This document shows positions 59,195 through 64,000 of a stretch of DNA of 64,000 nt, piece after piece. A program made the translations under genes and the position numbers. The notes below the pieces were generated by a model. It was not told the origin of the DNA. It did not search any database and worked only from the letters and a program-made list of their open reading frames with translations. Source of the stretch: Macrostomum hystrix (taxonomy: Eukaryota > Animalia > Platyhelminthes); contig CATNEN010000011.1 of assembly GCA_950097015.1 (NCBI GenBank), positions 6,138,001 to 6,202,000 of the forward strand, read 5' to 3'. How positions within the stretch are numbered: the first letter of the stretch is position 1; each line of letters begins with the position of its first letter.

Positions 59195-59804
59195 TGCAGC
59201 TCCGTTAAAAAGGCCGCGAAGATCGGCAGCCATAAGCCGCACACCGGCGCCGGTGACCTCCAGGTAATAGCCCTCTGGCCTGCCGCGGCACACTCTGTGG
59301 CCAATCTCCAGTGACACGCCTTGCACTGGTTTGGTCACTATGAGAGTGCGCGGCCGGAACTGTGACAGCTGGCTGGCTAGGAATCGCAGGGCCGGCTCGC
59401 CTTCAATGCGATTCAAAGATAGCACTAGCGGCTGCTGCTGCTGCTGCGGCTCCTGCTGTCCAGGCTTTGCAACGGTGGGCAGACGGAAGTGCTGGCCAAT
59501 GAGCAGCTGGCACTGCTGCGGTCTGGGCCAGAATGCCCTGTCCAGCACGGAGTCTTTGGCGAAATCCGCCCCGTTCAAAGGCCTTGCCCGGATGTCGTCC
59601 GTTGAGGCCGCCGCCGAAGCTCCATCGGCGCCGTTGGCGACGTACTGGGAGGCTGCAACGTCTAGATGGGCCGCTGAACCCTGCGGCTGCTGCGGCGACA
59701 ATTGATGATGCTGCTGCTGCTGCTGCTGAGAAATCGCCTGCATAAGCAGCACCGACTTATCGCTTTGGCTGCACAAATCGAAGCCGTTCTTATCGGCGTA
59801 GGGA
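59195..59804 (-). CDS. Ankyrin + GH20-like protein, linker and GH20 domain-2 exon
   Basis: ATTTCAG acceptor; FWPRPQQ...EGYYLEVTGAGVRLMAADLRGLFNG matches the beta-hexosaminidase domain-2 pattern; donor GTAAGA. Confidence 0.85.
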
Positions 59805-60943
59805 CTGAAATTGTTTGTGAATGAATTTGAAAGAGTCGGGAAACGGTTAAATGTACTTTTATCGTGCAAGAAAATGGGCGTTAGAGTCTGCTCTAGGCAG
59901 ATATTCTGCGAAATAACTAATTCTTCTTTCAATAGCAAAGAAGACAGGAAAGTTAAGGCTGAACAGAGAACTCTTTCGTGTGTGCAAAGAGAAGAGAGAG
60001 AGTGGCGGCACACACAAAGAGAAATTTGCACCTTAGCTTTGCCCCTAAAGTCCCGAATAGTTAATTTAAACCAGTTAAAAAGATCGTTAGCATTTTTGCT
60101 TCTTTTAGCAGTTAGCTACACTTCCTGCCAAGATAAAATAAGTTTTTACATGTGATTAAAGTTGAAAATGAGGAATAGAAAGTAGAAGATAAAAAAACAC
60201 AAACTAACTTTAAAGATGAATTATTAGCAACTAAACACATTCAAGCAGACGTGCCGAAAAATGTAATGAAAAAATAATTTAGGAGGAAAATGCCATCAAC
60301 CTTACTACTGACATGCTGTAAGTAGGCAACTGCGAAACTGATTTAGTTTCTTGATAAAAAATAAACAAGCCACTTGAAATTCCTCAACAAATCTCTAAAA
60401 GCTACTGAGAAGCCTAGAGAATAGAGTGAGATGGGTTGTACATAGTGAATGACCGTCCATTCTCAACAGTCGTACAGGCAGTCACGAGGCGGCATCGCGA
60501 GCCGCAGCAGTTCCACCCCAGGGTTTCTATAATTAGCCAAAAAAGGCGTATCAGAATCAAATACAGGCGCACACAGGCACACAGAAATAGGGCGGGGTCG
60601 GCGGGTCTTCAAGAGCTGGGACTGGGGCGGTGAGAACGAGAGAGAGAGAGAGAGGGGTTTGAGAAGCAGTTCGTTAATTTTTCAAGTTAACAAAAACTGG
60701 GCAGCAGATGGCCCTAGCCTTACCGCTTAGTTAGGCTATAGCATGAGACTTCAAGAGAAATAAAAGGAAATAGTTGGACTTGTTTACTGAACATTCTATA
60801 AGCATTATCTAGAACGCTTAGTAATGCTGCAAACAATACACAACACAAATACACCTTCTGCGAGAAACTGAATATCCGCAGTTTCTATCTTTCGAAACAC
60901 GCGCTTTTTAAAGAATAAAGAATTTTATTTTAGTAAGGAAACT

Positions 60944-63030
60944 GTGAATGTGAATGGTGTCACGGAACAGTGAGTGTGAATGGTGTCACGGAACAGTGAG
61001 TGTGAATGGTGTCACGGAACTGTGAGCGTGAATGGTGTCACGGAACTGTGAGCGCGAATGGTGTCACGGAACTGTGAGTGTGAATGGTGTCACGGAACTG
61101 TGAGCGTGAATGGTGTCACGGAACTGTGAGCGTGAATGGTGTCACGGAACAGTGAGTGTGAATGGTGTCACGGAACTGTGAGCGAGAATGGTGCCACGGA
61201 ACAGTGAGCGTGAATGGTGTCACGGAACTGTGAGCGTGAATGGTGTCACGGAACAGTGAGTGTGAATGGTGCCACGGAACAGTGAGTGTGAATGGTGCCA
61301 CGGAACAGTGAGCGTGAATGGTCTCACGGAACAGTGAGCGAGAATGGTGTCACGGAACTGTGAGCGTGAATGGTGTCACGGAACTGTGAGCGTGAATGGT
61401 GTCACGGAACTGTGAGCGTGAATGGTGTCACGGAACTGTGAGCGTGAATGGTGTCACGGAACTGTGAGTGTGAATGGTGTCACGGAACAGTGAGTGTGAA
61501 TGGTGTCACGGAACTGTGAGCGTGAATGGTGCCACGGAACTGTGAGCGTGAATGGTGTCACGGAACTGTGAGCGTGAATGGTGTCACGGAACTGTGAGCG
61601 TGAATGGTGTCACGGAACAGTGAGCGTGAATGGTGTCACGGAACTGTGAGCGTGAATGGTGTCACGGAACTGTGAGCGTGAATGGTGTCACGGAACTGTG
61701 AGTGTGAATGGTGTCACGGAACTGTGAGCGTGAATGGTGTCACGGAACAGTGAGCGTGAATGGTGTCACGGAACTGTGAGCGAGAATGGTGTCACGGAAC
61801 TGTGAGCGTGAATGGTGTCACGGAACTGTGAGCGTGAATGGTGTCACGGAACTGTGAGTGTGAATGGTGTCACGGAACAGTGAGCGTGAATGGTGTCACG
61901 GAACTGTGAGCGAGAATGGAGTTATGGAACAGTGAGCGTGAATGGTGTCACGGAACTGTGAGCGTGAATGGTGTCACGGAACTGTGAGCGTGAATGGAGT
62001 CACGGAACTGTGAGTGTGAATGGTGTCATGGAACAGTGAGTATGAATGGTGTCATGGAACAGTGAGTATGAATGGTGTCACGTAACTGTGAGTGTGAATG
62101 GAGTCACGGAACTGTGAGCGATAATGGAGTCACGGAACTGTGAGCGTGAATGGTGTCACGGAACTGTGAGCGTGAATGGTGTCACGGAACAGTGAGCGTG
62201 AATGGTGTCACGGAACAGTGAGCGTGAATGGTGTCACGGAACAGTGAGCGTGAATGGAGTCACGGAACAGTGAGCGTGAATGGTGTCACGGAACAGTGAG
62301 CGTGAATGGTGTCACGGAACTGTGAGCGTGAATGGAGTCACGGAACTGTGAGCGTGAATGGAGTCACGGAACTGTGAGCGTGAATGGTGTCACGGAACAG
62401 TGAGCGTGAATGGTGTCACGGAACAGTGAGCGTGAATGGTGTCACGGAACTGTGAGCGTGAATGGTATCACGGAACAGTGAGCGTGAATGGTGTCACGGA
62501 ACAGTGAGCGTGAATGGTGTCACGGAACTGTGAGCGTGAATGGAGTCACGGAACTGTGAGCGTGAATGGTGTCACGGAACAGTGAGCGTGAATGGTGTCA
62601 CGGAACTGTGAGCGTGAATGGTGTCACGGAACTGTGAGCGAGAATGGAGTCACGGAACTGTGAGTGTGAATGGTGTCATGGAACAGTGAGTATGAATGGT
62701 GTCATGGAACTGTGAGTGTGAATGGAGTCACGGAACTGTGAGCGATAATGGAGTCACGGAACTGTGAGCGATAATGGAGTCACGGAACTGTGAGCGATAA
62801 TGGAGTCACGGAACTGTGAGCGTGAATGGTGTCACGGAACAGTGAGCGATAATGGAGTCACGGAACTGTGAGCGATAATGGAGTCACGGAACTGTGAGCG
62901 ATAATGGAGTCACCGAACTGTAAGTGTGAATGGAGTCACGGAACTGTGAGTGTGAATGGAGTCACGGAACTGAGCGTGAATGGAGTTATGGAACTGTGAG
63001 CGTGAATGGAGTCACGGAACTGTGAGTGTG
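60944..63030. repeat. 26-bp minisatellite (~80 copies), intronic
   Basis: gtgtcacggaactgtgagcgtgaatg. Confidence 0.97.
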
Positions 63031-63116
63031 AAACGTTATATAATTATCCCGTTAAATTCAAACCACTTAATCCCATTCTAAAAAATCAGTTCTAGTTGCT
63101 AAGCAGTCAAACTCAC

Positions 63117-63386
63117 CCGTGTTTAATGTAAACAGACGGATTGGCTCCGAACTGGATGAGCAGTCGGACCAGCTCCAAGTCGGCCTTGATGATGCTGAGG
63201 TGTAGCGGAGTGACGCCGTCTCTGTTGGCCAAGTTGGGATTGGCGCTGCGCTCGAGAAGCAGGCGAACGCAAGCCGGCTGAGCGAAATGGCAGGCCCAGT
63301 GCAGCAAGCTGTTCTGCTGACTGTCTGTGCGGTCCAGACTGTTCACCGAGATGCCGATTTGGAGCATGCGGGACAGGCCTTCGGTG
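63117..63386 (-). CDS. Ankyrin + GH20-like protein, ankyrin exon (upstream exons outside the window)
   Basis: CTCTCGCCCGCAG acceptor; QQNSLLHWAC...NRDGVTPLHLS...GANPS; donor GG|GTGAGT. Confidence 0.85.
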
Positions 63387-63418
63387 CTGCGGGCGAGAGC
63401 GGGTGGAGCGTCACTGAC

Positions 63419-64000
63419 TACCGACATTCAGGTGAAACATTACCGACATCCAGGTGAAACTTTACCGACATCCAGGTGGAACATTCCCGACATTCAGGTG
63501 GAACATTACCGGCATCCAGGTGAAACATTACCGGCATTCAGGTGGAACATTCCCGACATCCAGGTGGAACATTCCCGACATTCAGGTGGAACATTACCGA
63601 CATTCAGGTGGAACATTACCGACATTCAGGTGGAACATTACCGACATTCAGGCGGAACATTACCGACATTCTGGTGAAAAATTACCGACATTCAGGTGAA
63701 AAATTACCGACATTTAGGTGAAACATTACCGACATCCAGGTGGAACATTACCGACATTCAGGTGAAACATTCCCGACATTCAGGTGAAACATTACCGACA
63801 TCCAAGTGAAACATTACGGATATTCAGGTGAAACATTACCGACTTCCACGTGAAACATTACCGACATCCACGTGAAACATTACCGACATTCAGGTGAAAA
63901 ATTACCGACATTTAGGTGAAACATTACCGACATCCAGGTGAAACATTACCGGCATTCAGGTGAAACATTACCGGCATTCAGGTGAAACATTACGGATATT
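63419..64000. repeat. 22-bp minisatellite running off the window end, intronic
   Basis: ccgacattcaggtgaaacatta. Confidence 0.95.

Noticed and set aside
60465-60530. Possible extra exon of the ankyrin-GH20 gene after a TTATAG acceptor
   Set aside because: The in-phase reading hits TGA after about 21 codons, whereas direct splicing 63117 to 59804 gives a continuous ankyrin-like sequence.

Overview
Eukaryotic (animal) genomic DNA, most likely a free-living flatworm such as Macrostomum. That is an inference from GC-rich exons, AT-rich introns packed with 19-58 bp minisatellites and a two-domain p40-type small HSP. Splice sites were read by hand and exon phases checked. Genes in order: alpha-spectrin (minus strand, 3 N-terminal coding exons, runs off the left edge); an intronless DEG/ENaC channel (+); a 10-exon LRRC74-like LRR + EF-hand gene (-); a 3-exon DEG/ENaC channel (+); a decayed and an intact M13 neprilysin-like peptidase (+); a double alpha-crystallin small HSP with heat-shock elements (-); BCKDK (-); and an ankyrin + GH20-like protein that seems to lack the hexosaminidase catalytic residues (-, runs off the right edge). 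Mobile DNA: two tRNA-derived SINE families, a hAT-Charlie-type MITE, an internally deleted Tc1 (DD34E) element and a 1.5-kb SINE-anchored duplication. Most long ORFs in the supplied track are minisatellite artefacts. The most unusual observations are: a perfect 11-copy 58-bp array that multiplies a used 3' splice site, a different private minisatellite in nearly every larger intron, the ankyrin-GH20 pseudoenzyme, the SINE-bounded templated duplication, and DEG/ENaC channels with non-canonical gate/pore residues next to neprilysins. No CRISPR array, rRNA or true tRNA gene was found.
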